DNA of 64,000 bases from Euglena gracilis (Eukaryota), in assembly GCA_039621445.1 (NCBI GenBank), contig CP154954.1, forward strand, positions 25,742,954 to 25,806,953, given 5' to 3'. The notes beneath the pieces are model-generated. The model saw only the letters and a list, made by a program, of their open reading frames with translations, was not told the DNA's origin and did not search any database. The translations under genes were made by a program, and so were the position numbers. The number at the start of each line of letters is the position of its first letter. Positions within the stretch are counted from its first letter, which is position 1. Positions 24,742 to 54,400 of this stretch are shown here, in pieces.

Positions 24742-26010
24742 GGGGGGGGGGTAGTGGGCCAACCCTAGGGTCGGCCCAATACGACCCTGGGGTCGCTAAA
24801 GTCGCTAAGGTCACTAGGGTCACAGTGGGCCGACCCTAGGGTCGCCCATCCTAGGGTCGTGGGCCGACCCTAGGGTCGACCCTAGGGTCAGCCCACCCCA
24901 CGACCTCGCCCCCCCTATCAAAAAAAAAAAATTTTTTTTTTGATGTTTTAGGGGCACTTGAACATTTGAGCAACACAAGGGATTTGCCCCCCAAAATGAT
25001 TTGAAAACACAACGGATTTGCCCCCCAAAACGCCTTGGGGACACACAAGGGATTTTGTTATTTTTGGGCCCTCTCAACAACACATCGGATTTACCCCCCA
25101 AAGCGATTTGGCAACACAAGGGATTTGCCCCCCAAAACGACTTGGAGACATAAGGGATTTTATTATTTTGGGGCCCTCGATCGGTTGAACAACACAAGGG
25201 ATTTGCCCCCCAAAATGATTTGGAACCACAACGGACTTGCCCCCCAAAACGACTTGGAGACACAAGGGATTTTGTTATTTTGGGGCCCTCGATCAAATGA
25301 ACAACACAACGGATTTACCCCCCAAAACGATTTGGAACCACAAGGGATTTGCCCCCCAAAACGGCTTGGAGTCACAAGGGATTTTATTATTTTGGGGCCC
25401 TCGATCGGTTGAACAACACAAGGGATTTGCCCCCCAAAACGACTTGGAAACACAAGGGATTTGCCCCCCAAAACGATTTGGAACCACAAGGGATTTGCCC
25501 CCCAAAACGACTTGGCAACACAAAGAACTTGCCCCCCAAAACGACTTGGAATCACAAGGCATTTTATTATTTTGGGGCCCTCGATCGGTTGAACAACACA
25601 TGGGATTTGCCCCAAAAACGACTTGGCAACACAAGGGATTTGCCCCCCAAAACGACTTGGAGACAAGGGATTTTATTATTTTGGGGCCCTCGATCGTTTG
25701 AACAACACAAGGGATTTGCCCCCCAAAACAATTTGAAAACACAAGGGACTTGCCCCCCAAAACGACCTCAAGTCCAACCTCAAGTCCAAGTTCAATTCCT
25801 GTTCAAATGGGCAAAAAAAATTCTCCAAATTTTTTGGGGGGGGGGGCGAGGTCGTGGGGTGGGCCGACCCTAGGGTCGACCCTAGGGTCGGCCCACAACC
25901 CTAGGACGGGCGACCCTAGGGTCGGCCCACTCCACATCCTGGGGGGGGGGTCGACCTTAACGACTTTAGCGTCGTATTGGGCCGACCCTGGGTCGGCCCA
26001 CTACCCCCCC
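24742..26010. mobile_element. Long-TIR foldback-like element enclosing a minisatellite
   Basis: ~170-bp inverted arms built from GACCCTAGGGTC palindromes (24742-24915, 25836-26010); TSD not identified. Confidence 0.75.
24970..25765. repeat. ~31-bp minisatellite
   Basis: ACACAAGGGATTTGCCCCCCAAAACGACTTGGA units with a periodic longer variant containing TTATTTTGGGGCCCTCGATC. Confidence 0.92.
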
Positions 26011-26978
26011 TCCCCCCCATGCCATGTCCGGGACCCGTTTCGTATTGTTCTCAAGTGGGGTGCTTCGGGCCGCGGGGGGGGGCCGCACGCGGGGGGCGCG
26101 CGGCGGGGGCGGGGAGTACGGGGGGGAGAACCGTGGTCCAACCACCCCAACACGTTTTCTTTGGCATCACCTAAATTTGTATGTAATTTTCCTTTGGTCG
26201 ACCAAAAAAAGTGCCCGGCCAAAATCGGGGACGGGGGGGGGACGCGGGGGGGGGGGACGCGGGGGGGGAGGGGGGGGAACACCCCCAAGATGCTGAGAAA
26301 AAGGGAGGCATCAGTGACCAGTAACATTGCCAATTGTGATGTTTGGAATTTCATCAAATGAAGGGGGGTGGAGAGGAAACGTCATTTTTTTTGAAAAAAA
26401 AATGACGTTCAGAAAAGGTGGCTAATATTTTTAGGTGCAGCGGCCATCAATTGTAGTTTTGTGGCCGTAATTTTGGGTTTAGTGGCAATCATTTTAAGGG
26501 AGATGGCAAACATTTTTGCTACAGGTGGCCATCATTTTGAAGTATGTGACCGTATTATTCACGTGTTAGCTGTAAATTAGGCTTTTCCCTTCCCAACAAA
26601 AATTGCACATTGCGTTTGAAGATCGGCATTCCCTCCAAAATTGGGAATTTGCATCTCAAATTTAGCATTTGTCAGAATTTGACCCACCAAATTAGCCCTT
26701 TGCCCCTCAAAGGAAAATGTTTCGGGTGCAAAATACTTTAATAAATTTGAACGATAATCCCTATATGGTGTGGTGTGCCAATGCCTAATTTTGAGTGGCA
26801 AATTCCTAATTAATGAAAAGGTCCCTGCCAAGGAATGGACACATGCACTTAGGCTTTTTTCTATACACAAATTGTGGCTGAGCCCAGATTTCAGCCTGAA
26901 AACGTGTTCAGCCAGGGGCCCCCGAAGGGGGCCCCTGAACACGTTTTCAGGCTGAAATCTGGGCTCAGCCACAATTTG

Positions 26979-28373
26979 TTTAAAAACGTTTTCAGAGCCC
27001 GCCAAATGCCTGCCCTGAAATTCGTGGTCATGATTCACGCAAGGGGTCAAAAACGCCAATTTGTGAAATTCGGACCCAAAAAACGGCGCCCTCACTGAAA
27101 ACGTGCCTGAACCCGGATGCCTTCACTGAAAACGTGTCATTGACACAAATGCCCTCACCGAAAACGTGCCTGAACCCGGATGCCTTCACTGAAAACGTGT
27201 CATTGCCACAAATGCCCTCACTGAAAACGTGTCACCCCCCCCCCTTTTTTTTTCTTTTTTTCTTTTTTCCCGCAGCCCTGCCAATATGGCCAAACGCACG
27301 GCAAACTTTGTGAATGGTCTTTTGCCACCTCCCCCTAGGACGGACCCCCTTCATGGCACCTTGCTGGCACAGGGCAACACAAAGAAAAAGTCCGGCTCCG
27401 TAGGTGCAGAGCTTGCTGCTGTTGCCAACTGTTTGGAGTTCGCCAAACTGTGTCAACATCGGCAAGCCTCTTATCCTGAGCTGGATGCTTTCTTTGTTGC
27501 CTGGACGGGATGGGAGCTGGAACCCAGCCTGTTGTTCGATGAGGCGAGCGTCATCGAACAGTGTGTGGTCCCCTGACCAACCCCCTGTGCCTCGTGCTGT
27601 GTCCCGACTGCCAATAAAACACGAGAAATGTGGTTTTTGTGGTGTTGCCATTCCCAAAAATCCAAATTGTGTGGAGCTGAACAAAGTTGTCTGTGACGCC
27701 AAACAAACAAAGTTGTCTGTGAACAAAGTTGTCTGCGATTGGCATATCATTTTCATTGCCAAGATTTGGCAAAAGAGCCAAAGTATGGCTCTTTTGTGTC
27801 AAGAAACTGTGTTCGGGCCAAGACTTAGGGGGAGACCAGGGGCGGGGACCGCGACGCCGAAGGCGCCGCGGTCGCCCCTGGCCCCCCCTAAAACCTTGGC
27901 CCAAAACACTGTTCTTGTTTGAAACCGTGTTTTGGGCGAAGATTTAAGACTTTTAAAGTCTCGAAATCGGCCCAAACACGGTTTCTTTGTGTAAAGCGTG
28001 TCGTGTGCCGTGATGTCCGCCACTCTGTTTCGTTGTGCTCCAAGGCAACCTAGCCTTCTGTTGTGTTGTAGAGTGCCCCCGACCCGCCTCACTCGTTGAG
28101 GACCACCCGGCCTCGCAACCACACGCCGATTTTTCATGATAGTGTTTTTTGCTTTTTACTCAGGGTTGCCACAGATGCCCTCACTGAAAACGTGCCTGAA
28201 CCCGGATGCCTTCACTGAAAACGTGTCATTGACACAAATGCCCTCATTGAAAACGTGCCTGAACCCGGATGCCTTCACTGAAAACGTGTCATTGCCACAA
28301 ATGCCCTCATTGAAAACGTGTTCATGACCACGAATTTCAGGGCAGGCATTTGGCGGGCTGAACACGTTTTTAA
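26979..28373 (+). mobile_element. TIR element with recombinase-gene remnant and subterminal arrays
   Basis: ~55-bp TIRs (AAAAACGTTTTCAGAGCCCGCCAAATGCCTGCCCTGAAATTCGTGGTCATGA and its inverse); 63-bp dimeric arrays at 27088-27230 and 28157-28320. Confidence 0.8.
27286..27765 (+). pseudogene. Deleted homologue of the 4044 recombinase (N-terminus joined to a Cys/His-rich C-terminal piece)
   Basis: MAKRTANFVNGLLPPPPRT...CLEFAKLCQHRQASYPELDAFFVAWTGWELEP aligns with MAKRAAIIMDRMLPRP...ALEFHQLCQDLQAVNDNLDDFFVAWAGWMIDP; then CGFCG...VCDWH in another frame; polypyrimidine + CAG acceptor at 27245-27275. Confidence 0.7.
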
Positions 28374-30017
28374 CTCAAAATTAGGCATTGGCACACTAAA
28401 TTAGGAATTGGCTTCTGAAAATTCGGAACTGGCACAGCAAATTAGGCATTTCCGAAATAAGCTTAACAACAGGACCCAGCTTCGTCACGCCGTCGGCCAG
28501 CCGGGGGGGGGGGGGGGGGGGGGGGGAGACGAGTTCAAGGGGGACCACCACATTCTTGGTGGCTAAATTGGGAATCACCGAACATGAATTTTTGGGGAAA
28601 ATCGATAAAAATTAGGAATCCCCACACCTAAAATTAGGATTTTGAAAAAATTAGGGATAACCATCCCAAAATTTTGCAAAATTTATTCCTCAAAATTAGG
28701 AATCCACCTGAAAAATTTTGTCAAAGTAGGCATCATCGGCCGAATTTTTTCCGAAAAAAATTGGCCGAAAAGGGTCCTTAGGTTGGGTCACGGGGCGGTC
28801 ACGGGGGGGGGGGGGTCACGGGTAACACCCCTCTAAGGCATTTTTTTTTGGTCATGTGAAAGTATTTCCAAATCTGTGTTTTCTGGTGCAAAAAATCATG
28901 CTTTCAACATCCAAAAAAACACACAACAAAAATGAATGAAGCTTTTTGCAGAGATAAAAAAATGAAACTTTTTTAAAAAAAACTTTCAAAAAAATATTCC
29001 CCCAAACCCTCCATGACGTTTTTTTGTTTGTTTCCCGTTGTTTGTTTTGTTGTTGTTGTTTGTTTGTTTGTTTGTTTGTTTGTTTGTTTCCCCCCAAAAA
29101 CACGATTTTTCCGTGGTCAAAAAGGGACCCAGAATGGTCATTTTGAAGAAAAAAAAACGGCAAAAATTGGGCCGCGCTATGCGCGCGGCTGGAATCATCA
29201 AAATTTCAGAAAAAAAGACCCAAAAGTGCTTTTTGGACTCCGCAATCGCCTCTATGCCGCGCTCCGCGCGGCCCCCCCCCCTAATCACGAATAATCACGA
29301 ATCAGAGTTTAGGGTCCCTAGCACAAATTTGTGGGAAACCCTGGTAAATCATTTACAATTGCACCGGCATTGTCACATGTTTTACGGATTTAGGCAGCAA
29401 AACTCTGTTATATTCCAACCTTTTCTCAGGGGTTTTTTATGCAATTTGCATTTTTTTTGCATTTTTTTACATTTTTTTTTGCATTTTTTTTACTTTCATA
29501 ATTTGAAGGGCCAAGTGGCATATCCCCCCCCTTCTAACAATGACCTCATTAGAATTATTCCAATTGCCGTCATTTCCCTGATAAAGACTTTATTCTCGCT
29601 CATTAACCTATCGAGGAAACAACAAAGTTGCGCTGAACTGGAAAAACTCCCGAATGCCCTCCGCACCCATCGCATCAGTTCACCTTATTTTCTTTGCGTA
29701 TTTATTTCTTTTGTTATTTGTGTGTCCGACCCCAGCCCCAAGCCCCAGAGGGCAGGAGCGGCCAGGATTGGCCAAAGATTTCCACCTGGCACCGAAGGCG
29801 CAGAGTTTTTTTTGAATTATTTGGAGTTTATCAGTTTTTTTTCCATTTTCTTTTGCCAAGTCGCCAGGGTGCCCCCCCCCCCCCTAGGAGTGACTGTTTG
29901 GTTGTTTTTGAAAGCAAAAAGGAATTCCCCTCCCAGCGTCGAGCAATGGTGTCTCCTGGACTGCCCTGTCATCACATGCCCCCGGTAGCCGGAGACCACT
30001 GATAAAGAAAGGCACAG

Positions 30018-37549
<7,532 letters not shown>

Positions 37550-40500
37550 GGTGGTGGGTGGGGGTCCGGGGGGAGTGCCCAAACAGTGGCCTTTTGCCGC
37601 CGGGCACCCACTGTTTCGGGCCTCCCCAGTCGGCCCTGTCCCCACCCCATAACGCGTCAGCCACGGCCACGGACGGGGTCCCCGGCTGCTGGGCGTTCCG
37701 TCCTCTCGCATTCCTTTCTGGGGGGAACGGAGGGCCCCAGTTGATTGTTTGGACACTGGAAGGCAGGGTCCAGGGTGGGTTTATTTTTTGGCGGCGCCAT
37801 CAGTCGGGCGAAACGTTGGAAGTTAGAATCAGTCAATTTTTTAAGCAGTGGCCGACCCCCCCCCCCCTGGGGGGGTCGGCCAGGAGGCGGCAAAAGTGGC
37901 TTGAGTGACCCTGGCGCCCAAGGCGCCGGAACTTTTTTTTTTGGTCTAAAATGGCCTAAAGTGACTTGAAAGTGGCCGTTTTTCTGAGTGGCCGACCCCC
38001 CCCCCACCCCGGGGGGGGGTCGTGACTGGCTGGTTTTCCGAAAATGAGTGACTGACTGGTTTTTTAAAAAAAGGAGTGACTCCCCCCCCTTAGTTGCACT
38101 AAGGCTTCTTGTCTGTTTATGGCCGGCGCTAACTTCGCTTCTGGCCCAGTTTGCTGCGTGGTGAGTGGCCAGGGACCCCTTACACCAGTCCTCTTTTGTT
38201 GCTCCCCCTGGCCGGGTGAGTAACTCTGGTGTAATTCCAGCGCTGTAGGGACATACACTCACCTTGTGTGGTTGGTGTGGTTTCCGTGGGTGGGTCTACC
38301 CCCAGTGCTGCTCTTGCCTCCTGCCCTCTTCCCACTTTTCTGTGTGGGGGATGCATGGCGCAGGCACAACGCCATGACTTGAAAAATTCCAATGCGGCCT
38401 CACGGTCCCGCGGCTTAGGTAAACCCGGGTCACCAAGTCTCGGCCTTAGGGCGGCTCCCCCCCGGGGGTCGGTAAAAAATTGTATGGTCAGAATTTGAAC
38501 CAAAAAAAGCGCCTCAACTGGCTCTGTTTTTGGCAATTTTGGAAAACGGACAATTTATTTACCCGGGGGCATCCTTTTTGCAAGTGAAACGTGCTTTTTT
38601 GTGTGCTTTTTCGGAAACCCAGTTCGTTTCCCACTTCCAGTCTAAACCTCCTCATCCCAACGTCGGCAGGGTGGGTGGCCGCCCCAGCATGGCAGATGGC
38701 ACCCGCTGGGTTCCAGGTGGGGCGACACTTTTTTTTTGGTGCACAGCACTGAACATATAAATAGTTTTTTTATTATTTCTTTTTGGAGAGTCCCTCAGGG
38801 GGACTGGGAGACCAGGAGCTTGCAGAACACAGCTGGAAAATTTGCAGCTTCCAAACACACAATCACGTAGTCATTTGGCTGAGGGGGTGGGTGGGCTATT
38901 TAGTTTTTTTTTCTTCCAGAGTGATTTCACTGGTTTTTTTGGCCCAAACCCCCTTTCCCCAGGGTGGTGGGGGGTTGGCAAAAAAAAATACTGCTAAATG
39001 TGACTTTTTTGTTTTTACAATAATTTGGGGCTTTTTAAAAAGAAAAACTAGGAAGTGAGATAAGATATAATGAGGGTAGGTGGTGATGTGTCATCGGAAG
39101 ATTTACCACTCAATGTTTCTGAACACACCGATGTCTTAAAGCAGTAATGTGTCAATTTGTGTAACATAGAATTGGACAGATGAATTATAGCGTTTTATAC
39201 CATCCCCCCCCCCCCAAAGGTGACTGACTAGTTTTTCACAAGAGTGGAATTGACTCCCCTTCCACCCAGAGTCGGTAAAATATTGTATCGTTCCAAATGC
39301 CTTAAGTTCAGTTTTAGTTTTAGTTTTAAAACACACAAATGAAACCACTTAATATGCCATTTTTTTGTTGCTCCTGTGGCTAAGCCGAGGGGGTTTTCAG
39401 AATCGACCAGTGCACACGTACCGCCCACCTCAGTCAGGCGGAGGCCCCCTGCAGTTCCGCCGCCCTCCCCAATCCGGCGAGGGCGATGGGGCACATCTCT
39501 TGTGCCCACGTGCACGAGGCATATCCCTTTGCAAGCAGGCCCCTTCCTCTGACTATGGCGCTGCCTCAAAGTCACCGGTACCCCTTTCGTCACCCCCCTC
39601 CAAACAATTCCCCTCCCCAAAAAGAGATCAGTGGACACATCTTTTTGCTGTGACCCCATCCGAAGTTTTTGGACATATTTCACATTTTTTGTGAAGGGGA
39701 GTCAGAGTTATTTGGACAGGTCTCCTTCAGCTTTCCATTAGCACAAACTTCTGGGAATAGCAAATTATTTTCGGGGGTTGTTCAGTTTTGGGGGTTTCCC
39801 CCCTCGCAGTCAGGGGAGGGGCCCTGGCACGCCGGAATGCTTTTTGCACTGATCAAAGTCAGCCATTCTGGCGTCTTTCATAATTTCGGTATCCAATGTG
39901 TTTGAGAGAGGGTGGGAAAGAAAATGCCCCAATAAAAGTGCGTTTTACCCCCCTTTAAAACGTACATGGGAGTTTTCCCAAATTCTCTAGAGCTGCCCGT
40001 GGGGGGGGGTTGAGACAGAGTCTGATAGCCATGGTGGCTGATATTTACAAGTTGCCACATCCATCGTGCGCGTCATGCAACTTTCGGGTGTTTGAGATTC
40101 TTCGCATTTGTGTGCCAATCATAAAGTTTTCAAATGGCTGTGTGCCTCAAACCAAAAGTGCTGTGGTGGTGGTGGTTTTTTTAAGTTGGTGGGGAGGCTT
40201 GCAACGTTGGTTTCGGATCCCTTCGGTCTATAAATCGCGTCAAATGGGTCAAACACTTCGCAGAACAACGAAACATATTCCCAATACGCCGAACGCATGC
40301 TATACTGCAAATATTTGCTGTTTTCCCCCCTCACATACAAACCACATTTTCTTTCTTAACAGTTTTACAGAAAGTTCTGATTTTCAATGGAAGTCTCTGA
40401 CAAGGTTTCCAAAATCTCGAGCATTGGGTTGAATTTTTTTTCTCATAACCATGTGTCCAAAAGTTACGTTTATTCATAGCTGAAAGGAAGGGATTCATTG

Positions 40501-42550
40501 GGACCACATGCTATTCTTTCGTTTTCCCATGCCAAAACTCCCCCATGCATGTTTTTTTAGGATAATTAAAAAACACAGTCCATGATTTCGAGCAAACTGG
40601 CAGTCTCTCGAATGCTACAGGCACGGGGTCCACCCAATTTGGCCATCCGAGTGATTTGGTCATTTTGGGTGTGTGGGAGTTGCCAAAGAGGCGAACTTTG
40701 TGGCACAAATGGGGTCAGTTTGGGGAACATATGGCGGGCCAGTTTTGGGACACATGGCCTGTGTGCTTTGGGTAGCTGGGTGGTATCGTTACTGCAAAAC
40801 ATTCTCTGCCTGTTTTTGGGTTGTGACGTGGGTTTCTGGGCCGTGTTTTTTTTCAGGTGTGGGGGGGGTTGTTTTGGTTTCAAAAGACTGTTGCATTACA
40901 TCTCCCACTCCCATCAGTCCAGTCCCATCAGCTGGGGGTTTCCATTTTAGCAGATTGCAGGGCCTTTGCTCTGCTCAATCCTTTGTCATTGTTTTAACCG
41001 TTGCTCACCGAGTGCACTGCTACCATGTATCTTTCCGTCTCTGCATGTCCGCTTGACTTTTGCCGTTTTTTTTCTCTCTCTCGATGTGCACTCAGACTTA
41101 CAACGATCTGGGAGCATGTTTGCCCGATGAACCCCAATTATGCACAGATGGGAGTTTTTGGGATGGGAGTTTTTGGGATGGAAGTTTTTCCTCAAACGTT
41201 TTGGTCAAGTGGATCCTGTCAGGAGCAGTGTTGAAGTGTTTTTTTGTATATGTGCAAGAATAATCTGCTGCTTCGGAGGAGTAGGCCCTCCTAGATCCAA
41301 CCAGCCAGCACCATTTTTTCCAAGCCCAACCAAGCCATGGGTTCAGGCTGCCGATCCCAAGGGGGGGTATTTGCCAAATCTATTCAGACCCTCCCACTGA
41401 CTCAATGAAATGTGTTTTTAAGCGGGGTTCTGGAATAATCCTGTGACAATTTGGTTGAGAACTGCAGCGCAGCTGGAGTTCGGCAGTTGTGTTGCCAGAT
41501 GGGCACTGCTTATCAGTCAGCTAGGAATGCTTTCCGTGGCTGGACGCCTCCTCCCCCTCCCAGCCTGGACCCCCAGGCTTCTTTTAAGGGAGTTCACACC
41601 TTTTCGGGGCGATGCGAACTTCCTTAAGTGTGGGGGTGGGCAGGCAGGGGGGTCGGGCATTTCCCACACCCCCGTAGGGAGCGGGTGGGTCGGGATTTGG
41701 GGGGGTATTGCTAGGTACCCCCCCAGCGCGGATAGTGGTTTCGATGTATCATCGAATTTTTGTGTCTCATGTGCACCACCAGGGAAAAAAATTGTAACAC
41801 CACAAAGTCCTGATACACATTAAGTGATTGTCTGGGAAGGCCAAAATGGCCATTTTCAAATGGAAATTTGCCTGATTTGGCAGGCACCAAAACCAACACA
41901 CCCCTCCTCCAGGGGTTGGTGAAGCTTGACCCCCCTGGGAATACAAAAGAAATATCCCATTCCCGCCATACCACTTTACTTGTTACTGCTGCTTCGCCTC
42001 TCCAGACAACTCCCCAAGCCTTTTTTTTTGTGCCATCCATTGCTGTCCCCAGGGTCTTAAAAGGACAACACATTCCATTTCATTTATTTTTGGACGTTCC
42101 CCAAGCGTGGTGAGCTTTCATCTGCTGTCTTTGGGGGGGGGTTGGAGGATCTCTCACTGTTATTTGCGACCTGGTTGAACCTGCCCCCTCCCCCCCCCCC
42201 CATGCCTAACGTCCCCCTTCCAGACTGCTTAGATTGCCATTTTTGTGTTCATTGGGCTTGGGGGTACGTATGTGCCTTCCAAAACTGACGACGCCCTCAT
42301 TAATTGTCCCCCCCCCATAATTTGTCCTTGGGGTGCAGACCTATTTTTTTGTCCCAAGGCGCCTCTTTTGGGACCCCCACCCGTAATTGACTCCCGGGGG
42401 ATCCCGCAGTTGGTCGGAGGCACAATTGAAGTAGTCCGGCAGGGAGAGTGACTGCTTCAGCAACATTGCTCACTTTTGGAGTTGTCGACAGTGGTGTCTC
42501 CGTCGGTATCCACGCTGTTTCTTCCACACCCCACACTCAAGCGGCTCGCA

Positions 42551-42560
42551 ACCCGCGCAG
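42551..42560 (+). promoter_or_regulatory. Candidate spliced-leader trans-splice acceptor for Rab4
   Basis: ACCCGCGCAG ending 26 nt upstream of the ATG; inferred from euglenozoan SL trans-splicing. Confidence 0.35.
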
Positions 42561-42586
42561 GAGGTGGCACCCTCGGGGTGTCACGT

Positions 42587-51421
<8,835 letters not shown>

Positions 51422-54400
51422 GTCACTGTCCGCTGGGTTTGATTGATGTGTTTCGGAAGGTTTCATGCCACCGATACCATTTCTCTTGCTGTGTTTTTGT
51501 TTCTCATTTTCTTTTCTCAGTTTGTGAGAAAGTTGTGATGTTGCCCCCTTGTCAGAGCTGAAGCAATACAGGAGGGAATTTATATCTACAATGTTTTTTT
51601 GTTTCCCTCTATTTCCCAAGATTTCCACGTTTTCCTGTAATTTTTTTTGCAATCTTTCCACAATTTCCCCGCAATTCATTAGTGGTTTCCACACATTCAA
51701 GTATCATTTCCCGGAAACATAAAAATAGTTTTTTGAGTGGTGGTTGGCAATTGCCAGGCTTTTGCAGCCCCCTTTCCGTCCAACAAAACCCTGCGTGCGG
51801 GCTGTCGGCCCCAACGCTGCTGCCCGCTTGGTCATCTCGGCCGCCTCCGCCAATGATTGTGCTGCACTCACTTTCCCCCACCCCTCCCACCACGGGGCGG
51901 GTGGTCACACGGGCAACCCCTCTGACCTGGGGTCTTTCCAGTCAACCCCAGCCAACCCCACGCCCTGCACTGTACACGATTTTTTTTCTTTCTTGGTGAA
52001 TGGCATGTTTTTTTTTCCCAATGGTGTTTCTATGAGTATCCAACTATTTCTATTTTTGATGAAAAAACATTCGAAATCAAACCCTTTTTCTTTTGAAGAA
52101 ATATTGTGTCCCTGAAACCTGATTCGTTTGTCTCTTTTCCATCTCCCTTCCTCCCTCGACCAAATGATGACATCTTCTTCCAAATCAAAACCAACCTGCC
52201 ATCCATCGTAAATGTTTCGCACGTTTGGGTTTCCCAAGATGCGCCACCCTTTACCGCTCCCGTTGGCCTTCTGCGCCTGACGCCCTTGTATCATGGCCCA
52301 ACCCACCTTTACTCCTGACTTACTGCACTTTCCAAACCCTCACCCATGATTTTTTCTAACTTATTTTTTCTTAGCCATTCCTGTTTCAACGTCTTATCAT
52401 TGTTGTTTCAACGTGTGCGTATTATTATGTTCGTTGGTGATTGTTCAGTCACCTGGCAAGGCACTCCCCCAGGGAGTGTTTTGAAACCCTGTTCCTGCTG
52501 GTGTTTGGGCAGTATTTATCCCATCCCCCCCCCCCCGTGGAAAAACGCCCTCACGGATGGGCGGATGCCATAAACAATGCACCTTCCCGGCTGCAGATGC
52601 CAAAAGAAGTTACAGCCTTCGGGACGCCGGTGTGCTGGTCATGGCGTCATTGTTGATGATTCTGATTTGGCCTGTGCATCCCACCGAAAGATTTTTTACG
52701 CTTCGTGACCCGGGGGGGGGGGGTGGGCGGGTCCCAGCCGACCAGGGGGTGGGGTGTCAGCCGAGTGGGTACCCTGCCTCCAGCGGGGTTTTCCTCAATT
52801 TTCAGCGCCGAAAAAATTAACCCCCAAAAGTGGGTCCCCCTGAGCTGGGTCACAAAAAAACCTCTCTCTAGTCTCTCTCTCCCTCTGATTGCACCCCAAG
52901 AGGGGGTATTCAGACTCAGTCCACCATACAACCAAGGGTTCCACACCAGGCAGAACGGTATGGGAAACATCCCCCAGTGGACCCCCCCACCAGGTGTTGG
53001 GAGGGTGTCCGGGCTCCCCAACCCCGCTCCTTGGTAAGCTTCAAAATAGCGAAATTTTTCTTCTGGCGATGCATGCTGGAAAAAGCATAACAAATACCTT
53101 TTTCCAAGGGTATCGCACAATTTTTGGGTGTTTTCTGCACAAAAAAAATGGATTCAGAAATGAGAATTTTTGGTTTTTTGTTGAAAACTCAGGGATTATT
53201 CAGCCTTTATTATTTGGTACCCAGCCTTTTTGATTGTCCACAGAACAAAAAGTTTCTTAGCCCTCTACCGGAGGTCAGAGGGGGGTGTGACCCCAACACC
53301 CAGTGTTGGGGGGGTCCCAACTTCCCGGGCTACCCATACAACCCTGCCAGGGGGTATAAGAATGAGCCCAACCAGAAATTCCCGCACAAATTGCAGGAAT
53401 TTCATGAAGCCCCCAAAAGATGAGGTTTTTGAAATGTGGTGTGTTCATTTTCTTGTGCCACAACAGGGTGATACAAGTCGCAAGATTTGCATTTTCTATA
53501 ACTTTCATTTTTGTCAAGTACAAATAATTTTGTGTACACCCCCCTGATGGAGTCGATAATTACGGAGTCGCGCCAGGCTCTTTCGACCGAGGAAGGCAGT
53601 GGTGCCTTCTGCCATGGGGTGCCTGAAAAGAAATCACAGGGGTGGCGGTGGTTTTAAGTCCTGGCTGGGTACGAGGCAAACCTCACCTCGAAAAGTGAAA
53701 GTCGGCAGTGTTGCGAAAATTGTATTAAGAGGCCTTTTTTTCCGGGGTGCAAAAAATCACCCTGGCACCTTTGGCGCTGGGGCTTTGCTAAGCACCCCAC
53801 TCCTCAAATTTTTTACCATTATGCAACAGTATTCTCATGGTGCAAACAATGATCTTCACTTTCTGACTCCAAAAAAAAACATAAAAACTCGAAGAGAACA
53901 GTGCTTTCATTTTCTTCTATTTAAAAAAAGCAGGGTTGATTGATTGCCCAATTTTGACTTGTGCTTTATGTGGCAACAACTTAGATGCCGAAATTAATCA
54001 ACTAGTTGAACATGAAACCTTTGCTCCTCTGGAGATTCTGGTAGAAGAGTGATTTTCCTGTACAATTGAACAAAAAAATTGAAAATTTTTTTCAATCAAG
54101 AAATAGGTGATCAAAATATGCAAAAGAACAAAGGTTGCACAAGCAGAAATGAGAAACACTATAAATTTTTGTAGGCTTTCCCTGGTCGAATATTCTCCCC
54201 CCGCCAACTTTTGGCCCAAAAGTGGAAAAAAATGGACACATCGGATTATTTCCCCTCTAAAAAAAACTTGGGTTGGTTTTTGAATCTTTTTTTTTAGGTC
54301 TTTTCCAACAGAAAGGTGACCCCAGATGCTAAAGGATTTTCTTTGCATTTTCTTTGCATTTTCTTTGCAGTGTGAATTTTTGATTTTGTTCATTTTTTTT

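Noticed and set aside
27088-28320. 18-bp repeat GCC(C/T)TCACTGAAAACGTG with 13-14-bp spacers, resembling a CRISPR array
   Set aside because: Only two spacers alternate (63-bp dimer), there are no cas genes, and the context is a eukaryotic transposon; it is a subterminal tandem repeat.
29038-29988. 316-aa ORF
   Set aside because: Non-ATG start, low-complexity T-rich and repeat-derived sequence, no recognisable domain.
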